This document shows, in pieces, positions 7,633 to 14,411 of a stretch of DNA of 41,278 nucleotides. Both the position numbers and the translations under genes were made by a program. Positions within the stretch are counted from its first letter, which is position 1. Every line of letters starts with the position of its first letter. This stretch comes from a virus: IMG/VR virus record IMGVR_UViG_3300045988_122700, one strand, 5' to 3'. The notes below the pieces were generated by a model. The model was not told where the DNA came from. It did not search any database and saw only the letters and a program-made list of their open reading frames with translations.

Positions 7633-7719
7633 GTGCTATAATATTTATAGTAATCAGCTCGCTGTAGGGGTGGGCGTTACTTGACCGTTTCGGAGTTCCA
7701 GTCCGAGGCGGTCTTTTTT
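7633..7719 (+). ncRNA. Candidate small RNA: plus-strand extended -10 promoter (TGtGcTATAAT, 7633-7643) followed by a canonical terminator hairpin and U-run (7683-7719), with no ORF between them
   Basis: The hairpin gaccgTTtcgg-agttccagt-ccgaGGcggtc is followed by ttttttatttat. No plus-strand gene lies upstream to terminate. The element sits in the int/lipoprotein intergenic region. Confidence 0.3.
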
Positions 7720-7721
7720 AT

Positions 7722-8384
7722 TTATAATCCGTCAACTTCTATTCCTTCAACCTTCCAATCTTTGTTGAAATCAACCCTAAATTTACTTTTTACCATTGAG
7801 TTAAAACTGTTTTTTGCATCAACATAACCGACAACACTAATTATATTATTAGATTTAGATACCCAATAGGAACCCGGGAACTTAGCTGATGCTGGATCTT
7901 TTAAAATCTTCTTAACTTCGCGTTCTGCATAATTCATAGCTGTATGTTTTTCGCTATTGGTTAAATTACCGCTGGATATATTGCTTAATACTTTTCCGTT
8001 TTCATATAATGTAACATTTTTATAAACTATTTTGGTTATTTCCTTTGCTTCGTTTCCATATGCAACGGCTATGGCTTTTCCTAAAAGTGGGGACTCTATC
8101 ATATAGCCCATGCTTGGTGTTCCGTCGATCTTGGTTAAATCATTAATACCAACCGAAAGTAGTATGGCATCAACTTTTTTTGCGGTGTCATCATCAATAC
8201 CCATACCGCTTTTTATTGCTTGAGTATTGTCTTTGCTTAAGGTTTTTGGAGCAGGTGCTTTTTGTTCCAATTTACTTTCTTTTTGTTGGCTCGCAGTTGT
8301 ATTCCCACTGCCGCCACACCCCGAAAAACTAAATATAGCTAAACATAAAAATAATATAAATAAAGTCTTTTTCATCATAAACAC
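7722..8384 (-). CDS. Lipoprotein (220 aa) in the lysogeny operon; candidate superinfection-exclusion or lysogenic-conversion protein
   Basis: Signal peptide plus lipobox MKKTLFILFLCLAIFSFSG-C. It lies between the ImmA-like gene and int, co-oriented with the repressor. Confidence 0.7.
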   Translation of the reverse strand: MFMMKKTLFILFLCLAIFSFSGCGGSGNTTASQQKESKLEQKAPAPKTLSKDNTQAIKSGMGIDDDTAKKVDAILLSVGINDLTKIDGTPSMGYMIESPLLGKAIAVAYGNEAKEITKIVYKNVTLYENGKVLSNISSGNLTNSEKHTAMNYAEREVKKILKDPASAKFPGSYWVSKSNNIISVVGYVDAKNSFNSMVKSKFRVDFNKDWKVEGIEVDGL

Positions 8385-8440
8385 ATCCTCTATTGTAATT
8401 AAATTAGCATAATGCTAACCAAAAAGTTAAAAAAATAAAA

Positions 8441-8662
8441 CTACCTGTGCCTAAATAATTCAATTTCATCAACTTTATAGTGCCCCTCAAAGTCATTATT
8501 TACAATATGCTCCTGCTCATGCAGGAGCGTTTTTTTATTTGTTTCAAAAGAATGTCGTGAATTTAAAACACATATTTTGTCGCCATCCGCATTTACCACA
8601 CAATAGCCGCCAATTTTACAGGGCAGATTGGCAAGAACCACCCTAGATACCATAATAATCAC
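8441..8662 (-). CDS. Short ImmA/IrrE-like HExxH metallopeptidase (73 aa; appears to lack the C-terminal half)
   Basis: ICVLNSRHSFETNKKTLLHEQEHIVNND matches the ImmA/IrrE pattern around HExxH. Its start overlaps the repressor stop (TAG aggtgattatt ATG). Confidence 0.5.
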   Translation of the reverse strand: MIIMVSRVVLANLPCKIGGYCVVNADGDKICVLNSRHSFETNKKTLLHEQEHIVNNDFEGHYKVDEIELFRHR

Positions 8663-8664
8663 CT

Positions 8665-9048
8665 CTAGTCTACATCATGTTCTTCTTCTTTTTTCATTCT
8701 ACCAATTATTTCTGCTGCAAGTTTTAAATCATCAGCAGAAACATTTCTTGCTGCATCAAATAATATTCTCATACCAGGATTATCATAAAGCTCTTGCGCC
8801 ATTTTTGCAGCTTCAGGGTCAAGGTAATAGCCGTCTTGTGGCACAGTGTTTTCTTCTAATAGAGCCTCTGTCGGAACAGAAAGAGCAACAGCAATAGCCG
8901 TTAGCGTGGCTATACTTGGGTTATAGGCATTTCTTTCAAGTCCAGCGATATAAGACCGAGAAAGATTTGTAAGTTTTGCCAGCTCTAATTGCGTTAAGTC
9001 CTTGCAGTTTCGATATTTTTTTATCTTTTGTCCAATACTGTCAGCCAT
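8665..9048 (-). CDS. XRE-family HTH repressor (CI/ImmR-like)
   Basis: The N-terminal HTH is IGQKIKKYRNCKDLTQLELAKLTNLSRSYIAGLERN. The RBS agagggga is present. The gene is divergent from the cro-like gene. Confidence 0.8.
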   Translation of the reverse strand: MADSIGQKIKKYRNCKDLTQLELAKLTNLSRSYIAGLERNAYNPSIATLTAIAVALSVPTEALLEENTVPQDGYYLDPEAAKMAQELYDNPGMRILFDAARNVSADDLKLAAEIIGRMKKEEEHDVD

Positions 9049-9068
9049 AACAAGTCCCCTCTTTCGTC

Positions 9069-9118
9069 TAGTATTTCTGACTTATTTAAATTTTAACACA
9101 AAAATGTCAGAAATACTA
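9069..9118. promoter_or_regulatory. Operator: 13-bp perfect inverted repeat TAGTATTTCTGAC ... GTCAGAAATACTA (arms 9069-9081 and 9106-9118, 24-bp spacer) in the repressor/cro intergenic region
   Basis: Read directly. The right arm abuts the -35 of the rightward promoter. A near-copy, gacagaaatac, occurs at 9372-9382. Confidence 0.55.
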
Positions 9119-9147
9119 TTGACGCAATGTTGGCAATACAGTACAAT
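9119..9147 (+). promoter_or_regulatory. Rightward early promoter (TTGACG - 17 bp - TACAAT) for the cro-like gene. The leftward repressor promoter is an extended -10 (TGTTAAAAT on the minus strand, ~9090-9100).
   Basis: The hexamers are read directly with a 17-bp spacing. AAAGGAG follows 7 nt upstream of the ATG at 9173. Confidence 0.55.
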
Positions 9148-9172
9148 ATAAAATATAGAAAGGAGATGGCAT

Positions 9173-9373
9173 ATGAAAGAAGATATTGGCAAAATTATTA
9201 AAGAAAAACGTTTGCTGTTAAATCTAACTCAGCAAGAACTTGCCGAAAGAGCAGATATAAGTCGTTCTTATCTAGTTGAGATTGAAAAGGGCGTATATAA
9301 TATAAGCTCTGAAACATTGATAAAATTGGCGAGTGTTTTAGATGTTGACTTAAATTTTTTTAAAACTTCGTGA
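9173..9373 (+). CDS. Cro-like XRE HTH regulator (66 aa)
   Basis: LTQQELAERADISRSYLVEIEKG is an HTH. The gene is divergent from the repressor. Confidence 0.75.
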   Translation: MKEDIGKIIKEKRLLLNLTQQELAERADISRSYLVEIEKGVYNISSETLIKLASVLDVDLNFFKTS

Positions 9374-9414
9374 CAGAAATACAGTACATCTGGCAAACAG
9401 AAAGGAGCTTAAAG

Positions 9415-9582
9415 ATGGAAACCAAACAACAAAAAGCCGTCAAAGATATTACGAGTATCCTCAACGGCTTTACTGCATCAGAGATTCAAGAAGTTTTGTT
9501 TAGCGTAAATGAAGAATGCAGTGCTAATTATGTGCTTGTGTTAGATGAGAAAGTAGCTTCAGGAGATTCTTGTCTGTCCTGA
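9415..9582 (+). CDS. Hypothetical early protein (55 aa; METKQQKAV...)
   Basis: It starts directly after the conserved 20-bp motif aaacagaaaggagcttaaag. The upstream part of ORF 9370-9582 lacks an RBS. Confidence 0.5.
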   Translation: METKQQKAVKDITSILNGFTASEIQEVLFSVNEECSANYVLVLDEKVASGDSCLS

Positions 9583-9709
9583 TAACACGGCATTCCTTGA
9601 AATCCACATCATAGAATGCACATGATAAACATGGTGACGGTATAGCATTAATATTAATACTATTGCAAGGGCAAATGCGTTTCATTCTATAGTCTGACAC
9701 AATAATCAC
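9524..9709 (-). CDS. Small Cys-rich protein (61 aa; CxC...CxxC, zinc-ribbon-like) transcribed antisense to the early operon
   Basis: The strong SD aggaaggaggtg lies 5 nt before the GTG start. A perfect extended -10, TGATATAAT, lies ~25 nt upstream on the minus strand (plus coordinates 9725-9733). Cysteines are at residues 13, 15, 27 and 30. Confidence 0.5.
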   Translation of the reverse strand: MIIVSDYRMKRICPCNSININAIPSPCLSCAFYDVDFKECRVIRTDKNLLKLLSHLTQAHN

Positions 9710-9764
9710 CTCCTTCCTGAATACATTATATCAGGTTTGGACTAAACAGAAAGGAGCTTAAATA

Positions 9765-10514
9765 ATGAATAACTTGATCAGTGTACAAGTAAATGAAAAT
9801 CAGGAACAGACCATTAGCGGCAGAGAACTGCATATGTTTTTGGGAGTAGAAACTCCATATAAAAAATGGTTTGACCGTATGTGTGAGTATGGCTTTGAAG
9901 AAAACAGAGATTATTTAGTGACAGACATTTTTGTCCCTAACTCAAATGGCGGGAAACAAAATCAAGTTGAACATATCTTAAAACTCGATATGGCTAAAGA
10001 GTTATGTATGCTGGCTAGAAACGAAAAAGGGAAACAAGCAAGACACTACTTTCTTGAGGTAGAGCGTGATTGGAACAGTCCCGAAAAAGTAATGGCTAGA
10101 GCCTTGGTAATTGCCGGCAAACAGATTGACACACTGAAGCTAGAAAATACGATGCAACAACAAGTAATCGCTGAATTCAAGCCTATAAAAGAATATGTAG
10201 ATACAATCTTATCGAGTGAAGACACTGTAACAATCACACAAATTGCTGCCGACTATGGTTTAAGCGCGAAGGCTTTGAATAAAATTCTTAATGAACAAGG
10301 TTTAATCCGTAAAGTAGGTGGGCAATGGGTACTGTATAGCAGTCATATGCAAAAAGGATATACAAGATCTGAAACGATAGATGTAGCTCGTGCTGATGGC
10401 AGTGTCAAAGTTGTAATGAATACCAAGTGGACACAAAAAGGTAGGTTAAAAATTCATGAACTGCTTACAGCAATTGGTATTGTTGTCAACATGGATAAAA
10501 CAGAGGCAGCGTAG
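9765..10514 (+). CDS. Phage antirepressor (N-terminal Bro-N/ORF6N-like, C-terminal KilA-C-like)
   Basis: The N-terminus ISGRELHMFLGVETPYKKWFDRMCEYGFEENRDYL is typical of Ant/Rha N-domains. The C-terminal half ...ITQIAADYGLSAKALNKILNEQGLIRK is KilAC-like. It is preceded by the 20-bp motif. Confidence 0.7.
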   Translation: MNNLISVQVNENQEQTISGRELHMFLGVETPYKKWFDRMCEYGFEENRDYLVTDIFVPNSNGGKQNQVEHILKLDMAKELCMLARNEKGKQARHYFLEVERDWNSPEKVMARALVIAGKQIDTLKLENTMQQQVIAEFKPIKEYVDTILSSEDTVTITQIAADYGLSAKALNKILNEQGLIRKVGGQWVLYSSHMQKGYTRSETIDVARADGSVKVVMNTKWTQKGRLKIHELLTAIGIVVNMDKTEAA

Positions 10515-10535
10515 TAAACAGAAAGGAGCTTAAAG

Positions 10536-10787
10536 ATGGAACTGACAGAAAAAGACTTGGAGTTACTACGGGAATTGAAACGTTTTTCGCTATTTGAAGC
10601 AGGATATATACAAACCGGTTTTAATAAGCCGAACCCTTTGAGACCATTATCGCCAGTAGCACAGCGTATCATTGACGCGATTAAAAAAGAAAAAGGGCTA
10701 ACATATGTTGGAGCATATGCCGCCCTAGAGTTAGTTTATAACTATTTGAAGTTTGAATCTAATTTTGTTGCTCTTCCAAAAGGATAG
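10536..10787 (+). CDS. Hypothetical protein (83 aa)
   Basis: It is preceded by the third copy of aaacagaaaggagcttaaag. Its 3' end overlaps the minus-strand gene 10759-11262 convergently. Confidence 0.45.
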   Translation: MELTEKDLELLRELKRFSLFEAGYIQTGFNKPNPLRPLSPVAQRIIDAIKKEKGLTYVGAYAALELVYNYLKFESNFVALPKG

Positions 10788-11262
10788 AGACTACTTCATA
10801 AGTTTTTTCTTCGTCTAATGCGTAGAAGTCAAGTTTAGGCATTTGCTGATTGTAGAAAACTGGAGAATAAAGAAAAGGTGTTAAATTTTCTTTAAACTTA
10901 GATGCTAATTCTTCAAAAAGTTGGTCTGAAATTTTGTGGAAAAAGTAAGCGGGATTTAGCAATTTGCTTAAAGTATTTTGATCATATTCGCCATAAGCAG
11001 AAATTTCAAAAAACTCTCCTATTTTACGATAATTAACTAACTCAACTTTTTGGAGATAGCCTTTATTCAATGGGTCATAGCTTGTTAAATAGGAGTATCC
11101 ATTTTGGTAATCAAAAAAACTTCCCGAAATAATAAAATCTTTGTCCTTAAACAATATCTTTGGTATTAATTTTTTGGTTTTATAGTTGGCTGCAAGATAA
11201 TTTAATAAAGCGTCCAAAAATTGTAACTGGCTAAATGTGTAGTGTTTCATCATAATAATCAC
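10759..11262 (-). CDS. Hypothetical cytoplasmic protein (167 aa) with its own promoter, oriented like the lysogeny genes; candidate immunity/exclusion or defence gene
   Basis: The strong SD aaaggaggtg lies 6 nt before ATGATG. The extended -10 TGGTATAAT lies immediately upstream on the minus strand. No TM segment is present. Orientation is opposite to the surrounding early genes. Confidence 0.6.
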   Translation of the reverse strand: MIIMMKHYTFSQLQFLDALLNYLAANYKTKKLIPKILFKDKDFIISGSFFDYQNGYSYLTSYDPLNKGYLQKVELVNYRKIGEFFEISAYGEYDQNTLSKLLNPAYFFHKISDQLFEELASKFKENLTPFLYSPVFYNQQMPKLDFYALDEEKTYEVVSILLEEQQN

Positions 11263-11325
11263 CTCCTTTCAAGGTGATTATACCACAGTTAACATTCTAC
11301 AAAACCAAAAGCGAGGTGAAATATA

Positions 11326-11610
11326 ATGCTGGAAGTTATGACGGCAAAAAATTACGCAAAGCGTACCGGCTATCCGTTGGACTCAATCAGGCGTATGTGC
11401 AGGGTTGGAGAGTTACCATGTGATAAGCAAGGCAGTGTATATCTAATTGATGTAGGTGCTGCAGACGCAATTATTAAGGAGCGTATGGCTATGGCGCAGG
11501 CAGAGAAAGAAAGTTTGCGACAAGCAAAGCAGCGGCGTAGTCGTGTCAGAACCCGATCCTATGGGAACGGTCAAGGATTTGATTTTGTAGCAGCTTTGAA
11601 AGCTTTATAG
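11326..11610 (+). CDS. Excisionase-like / AlpA-type HTH DNA-binding protein (94 aa)
   Basis: TAKNYAKRTGYPLDSIRRMCRVGELPCDKQGSVYLID resembles excisionase-family HTH. The tail is basic. The RBS is gaggtgaaatataATG. Confidence 0.5.
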   Translation: MLEVMTAKNYAKRTGYPLDSIRRMCRVGELPCDKQGSVYLIDVGAADAIIKERMAMAQAEKESLRQAKQRRSRVRTRSYGNGQGFDFVAALKAL

Positions 11611-11747
11611 GTGATAGAAGATGTCTATAGCTCATAACTTTAATCACTTTCTGGTAGGAAGAAAAAATCGAAGTCGACTAAACGTAAAAAGAAGCAACGA
11701 TTAAATACTAAACATTGTAATAAATATGAGAAAGGACGGTAGAAAAA

Positions 11748-11918
11748 ATGGAAGATATTTACATAGCATACTTGGCAGTGGTTGATATAACAACAGATGT
11801 ACTTGATAGTGTAGCAAGATATCCGGCGATGTGGTTACTGACGATTGTTGCGGCTGTTGTGGCTTGTAGGATGATCTATAACATAGGTTACGCTATGGGG
11901 CAGGTGGCAGGCTTATGA
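11748..11918 (+). CDS. Small hydrophobic protein (56 aa). It is followed by a translationally coupled 31-aa hydrophobic micro-ORF (11916-12011, ATGA overlaps at both ends).
   Basis: Translated by hand: MEDIYIAYLAVVDITTDVLDSVARYPAMWLLTIVAAVVACRMIYNIGYAMGQVAGL. Then MIRDFTVATTAIFIGTYVAIMAAVVTVGVLR. Both are below the 60-aa cut-off of the ORF track. Confidence 0.35.
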   Translation: MEDIYIAYLAVVDITTDVLDSVARYPAMWLLTIVAAVVACRMIYNIGYAMGQVAGL

Positions 11919-12006
11919 TCAGAGATTTTACCGTAGCAACTACTGCAATATTTATTGGAACATACGTAGCTATTATGGCTGCTGTAGTCACAGTAGGGGT
12001 GTTGAG

Positions 12007-12213
12007 ATGAGCGAAAAACGTCTTATAAAAACAAACAAACTCTGCCTTGCGAACGGTGATGAGTTCGACAAAACAGAGTTTGAAGTGGATACCGATGTAC
12101 TATCTGGATTTATTAAGGTCAAAACGGAAGGTAAAACAATTTATGTTAATCCAGAGTTCATCATATCCTTTGAAGAAAGTAACTTGTCCAGAGTTATTTC
12201 TTCTTGCCGGTAG
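12007..12213 (+). CDS. Hypothetical protein (68 aa), third member of the coupled small-ORF trio
   Basis: Its start overlaps the preceding micro-ORF stop (gagATGAgc). Confidence 0.4.
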   Translation: MSEKRLIKTNKLCLANGDEFDKTEFEVDTDVLSGFIKVKTEGKTIYVNPEFIISFEESNLSRVISSCR

Positions 12214-12334
12214 TTTTAGTCTGAGAAAGCGCACTTCCAGCTACAGACTTAGATGTTTTGCTGTAGTTATCGTTTTTCAATATCTTGGATGCTTTGCTTG
12301 CTACAGATTTAGATGTTTGCTTTGTGTTTGGCAT
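12194..12334 (-). CDS. Small basic Lys/Ser/Thr-rich protein (46 aa) with an internal peptide repeat (KTSKSVA x2)
   Basis: Translated by hand from the minus strand: MPNTKQTSKSVASKASKILKNDNYSKTSKSVAGSALSQTKTTGKKK. The strong SD aaaggaggg lies 6 nt before the ATG. The peptide repeat corresponds to a 60-bp-spaced DNA direct repeat (12238-12263 and 12298-12322). Confidence 0.4.
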   Translation of the reverse strand: MPNTKQTSKSVASKASKILKNDNYSKTSKSVAGSALSQTKTTGKKK

Positions 12335-12451
12335 CACAAACCCTCCTTTCTACATAATATTCTTAAGATAGTTGAGAACGATAAAATGGAAAACAAAATA
12401 TACGTTCACACTATATGTAGTAATTATACCACAACGATAGGAGTAGTCAAG

Positions 12452-12628
12452 ATGAACAAAATTAAACAAATTCGTGAACAAAAAGGTTTGTCAAGATATC
12501 AAGTAGCTAAAGTCAGTGGTGTTTGGTATAAAAATCTAATTGATATTGAAAATGGTAAAGATGTGACATTATCCACGCTCAGGAAAATTGCAGCAGCAAT
12601 GAACTGTGAAGTATCTGATTTAGTTTAG
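12452..12628 (+). CDS. Small XRE-type HTH protein (58 aa)
   Basis: MNKIKQIREQKGLSRYQVAKVSGVWYKNLIDIENGK. The RBS is ataggagtagtcaagATG. The upstream part of ORF 12047-12628 is non-coding-like. Confidence 0.6.
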   Translation: MNKIKQIREQKGLSRYQVAKVSGVWYKNLIDIENGKDVTLSTLRKIAAAMNCEVSDLV

Positions 12629-12762
12629 GAGGAGTGATTATGAGAAAGCAAAAGAAAAAGAGCTACCAACGGTGCAACGTTGATAGCTCAGGGTGGACAT
12701 GTAAATTTTACGAAGTTTAGCGTCCACCTTCATTTTAGCAAAAGAATTGGAGGATTGCAAGT

Positions 12763-12948
12763 ATGGATAAATTTGACGATTTAGTATATTCGCTGCGATA
12801 TGAAGCAGAATCTATTTTAGAGAATCTGAAAGAAATGGATGATCTAGATGGGGATGAAGCCAAAGTCAGCGTGCTTCTAAAGTGGATTCATAACAGCGCA
12901 AATACTATCGAAAATAAAATAGAAGACTGGAGGTCTGACCAATGTTGA
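12763..12948 (+). CDS. Hypothetical acidic protein (61 aa)
   Basis: The RBS is attggaggattgcaagtATG. It overlaps the ERF start. Confidence 0.45.
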   Translation: MDKFDDLVYSLRYEAESILENLKEMDDLDGDEAKVSVLLKWIHNSANTIENKIEDWRSDQC

Positions 12949-13574
12949 AGAGTGAACAGATTAACGAGCTTGCTGCCGCTTTGGCAAAGGCACAAGGGCA
13001 GATTGAAGGAGCAAAGAAAAGCAGCAGTAATCCGTTTTTCAAAAGTAAATATGCAGACCTGGCTGAGTGTTGGAACACGTGCAGAGAGGCTTTAACTGCA
13101 AATGGAATATCAGTTATCCAGATGCCGGAAGAAATCAATGAGAACGGAAGACTGAACATTACAACGATGCTTGCACATTCAAGCGGGCAGTATATATCCA
13201 GCACTCTAACAATGACTGTAACTAAATTAGATCCGCAAGCTATTGGCAGTGCAATCACTTACGGCAGGAGATATGCTCTTGCTGCTATGGTTGGACTGGC
13301 TCAGGAAGACGATGACGGAGAAAAAGCAATGGCAAGACCGAAAGATAAAAAATCTGCAGAAAGTCCGATTAATATTACATCCGTTAGTGAGAACGGTGCA
13401 GTAAGGTTTATTAACGGAGTACAGTGCCAAATTCAGGATAGAAACGGTGATTGGCATGATATTGAGTTTTTGAAAATTGAAGTACTGGAAAAGCTCTTAA
13501 ACGATGATAAATATGTGAATGCTCATGAGGCTATAAGAGCAGCGATAAACGCTAAGGCTGTAGGCACAAAATGA
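12942..13574 (+). CDS. erf: ERF-family single-strand annealing (recombination) protein
   Basis: The N-terminal region LAAALAKAQGQIEGAKKSSSNPFFKSKYADLAECWNTCREALTANGISVIQ matches the ERF core pattern (..N.fFkSkYAdL..v...v...l...G.s). Confidence 0.75.
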   Translation: MLKSEQINELAAALAKAQGQIEGAKKSSSNPFFKSKYADLAECWNTCREALTANGISVIQMPEEINENGRLNITTMLAHSSGQYISSTLTMTVTKLDPQAIGSAITYGRRYALAAMVGLAQEDDDGEKAMARPKDKKSAESPINITSVSENGAVRFINGVQCQIQDRNGDWHDIEFLKIEVLEKLLNDDKYVNAHEAIRAAINAKAVGTK

Positions 13575-14146
13575 AGCTGACAGTTAAAGGGTTACAGATG
13601 TTGAAAGGGATAGGGCACATAAATTTAGTAGTACCTGTCCCTTTATCAGAGGAAGAAGAAATCAATAAAATCGATCCTGAAAAGCAGTATGTTGTAGAGG
13701 TCAAGCAATGGCGTAAAGGGCGTTCTAACGATGCTAATAAATACGCTTGGGTATTATGTCAAAAGATAGCAGAAAAGCTGTCAGAAGAGAGCTTTCACAG
13801 CAAGGAAGATGTTTACAGGAAGGCAATCAGGGAATGTGGTTACGGCAGAATATGGCCAGTGCCAACTGACGCTGTAAACAGAACTATTGAAATTTGGCAA
13901 AGTAATGGTGTCGGCTGGATAGCTGAATTGGTTGGAGAGTGTCATAACATTAAAGGCTATAGCAATGTAAGAGTATATTATGGCAGCAGCGCTTATGACA
14001 CGAAAGAGATGAGCCGATTTATAGATTGTTTAGTATCTATGGCAAAAGAGATTGGTGTAGAGACCAGGCCGCAGGAAGAATTAGATGACCTAATCAGGGA
14101 GTGGGGCGTTAAAGATGATTCCAAAAATAAAGAGGATAAGACTTAA
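13571..14146 (+). CDS. Hypothetical protein (191 aa) in the recombination/replication module
   Basis: ATGA overlap with erf. No motif recognised. Confidence 0.5.
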   Translation: MKLTVKGLQMLKGIGHINLVVPVPLSEEEEINKIDPEKQYVVEVKQWRKGRSNDANKYAWVLCQKIAEKLSEESFHSKEDVYRKAIRECGYGRIWPVPTDAVNRTIEIWQSNGVGWIAELVGECHNIKGYSNVRVYYGSSAYDTKEMSRFIDCLVSMAKEIGVETRPQEELDDLIREWGVKDDSKNKEDKT

Positions 14147-14405
14147 AGGTAAAGCTCTCAGCAAGCTTTGTGAGGAGGTATATAACCGTGACAACGGGTT
14201 ATGTGTATATTGCTCTCACTATGTTGAGCCTGGAGTTAAGCCACACCATGAGCCTTTAAAATCACAGGGCGGACAGGACAGGCTTGAAGATATGGCAATG
14301 CTTTGTAATGACTGCCATTCCCTGCGGCATAATTCCGTTAAGGGCATCGTTATTGGTCAAAAGGTAAGGTCGTATTTATCTGCAAAATATGACCGCCAGG
14401 AGTAG
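14115..14405 (+). CDS. HNH endonuclease
   Basis: CVYCSHYVEPG...HHEPLKSQGG...LCNDCHSLRH is a CxxC...H..N...CxxCH HNH zinc-finger nuclease motif. Confidence 0.75.
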   Translation: MIPKIKRIRLKGKALSKLCEEVYNRDNGLCVYCSHYVEPGVKPHHEPLKSQGGQDRLEDMAMLCNDCHSLRHNSVKGIVIGQKVRSYLSAKYDRQE

Positions 14406-14411
14406 GAAATT

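Noticed and set aside
8227-8897. Plus-strand ORFs 8227-8412 and 8628-8897
   Set aside because: They are antisense shadows of the lipoprotein and repressor genes, with no RBS.
11263-11285. Inverted repeat AATCACCT-cctttca-AGGTGATT as an SD-sequestering hairpin in the 5' UTR of the minus-strand 167-aa gene
   Set aside because: The left arm overlaps the gene's own -10 (TATAATcacc), so it would not be in the mRNA. The palindrome is a by-product of the TATAAT/SD arrangement.
12047-12628. 193-aa ORF in the provided track
   Set aside because: Its first ~135 codons span the low-complexity gap that actually encodes a minus-strand small gene and lacks an RBS. Only the last 58 codons, an XRE HTH with RBS aggag at 12452, look genuine.
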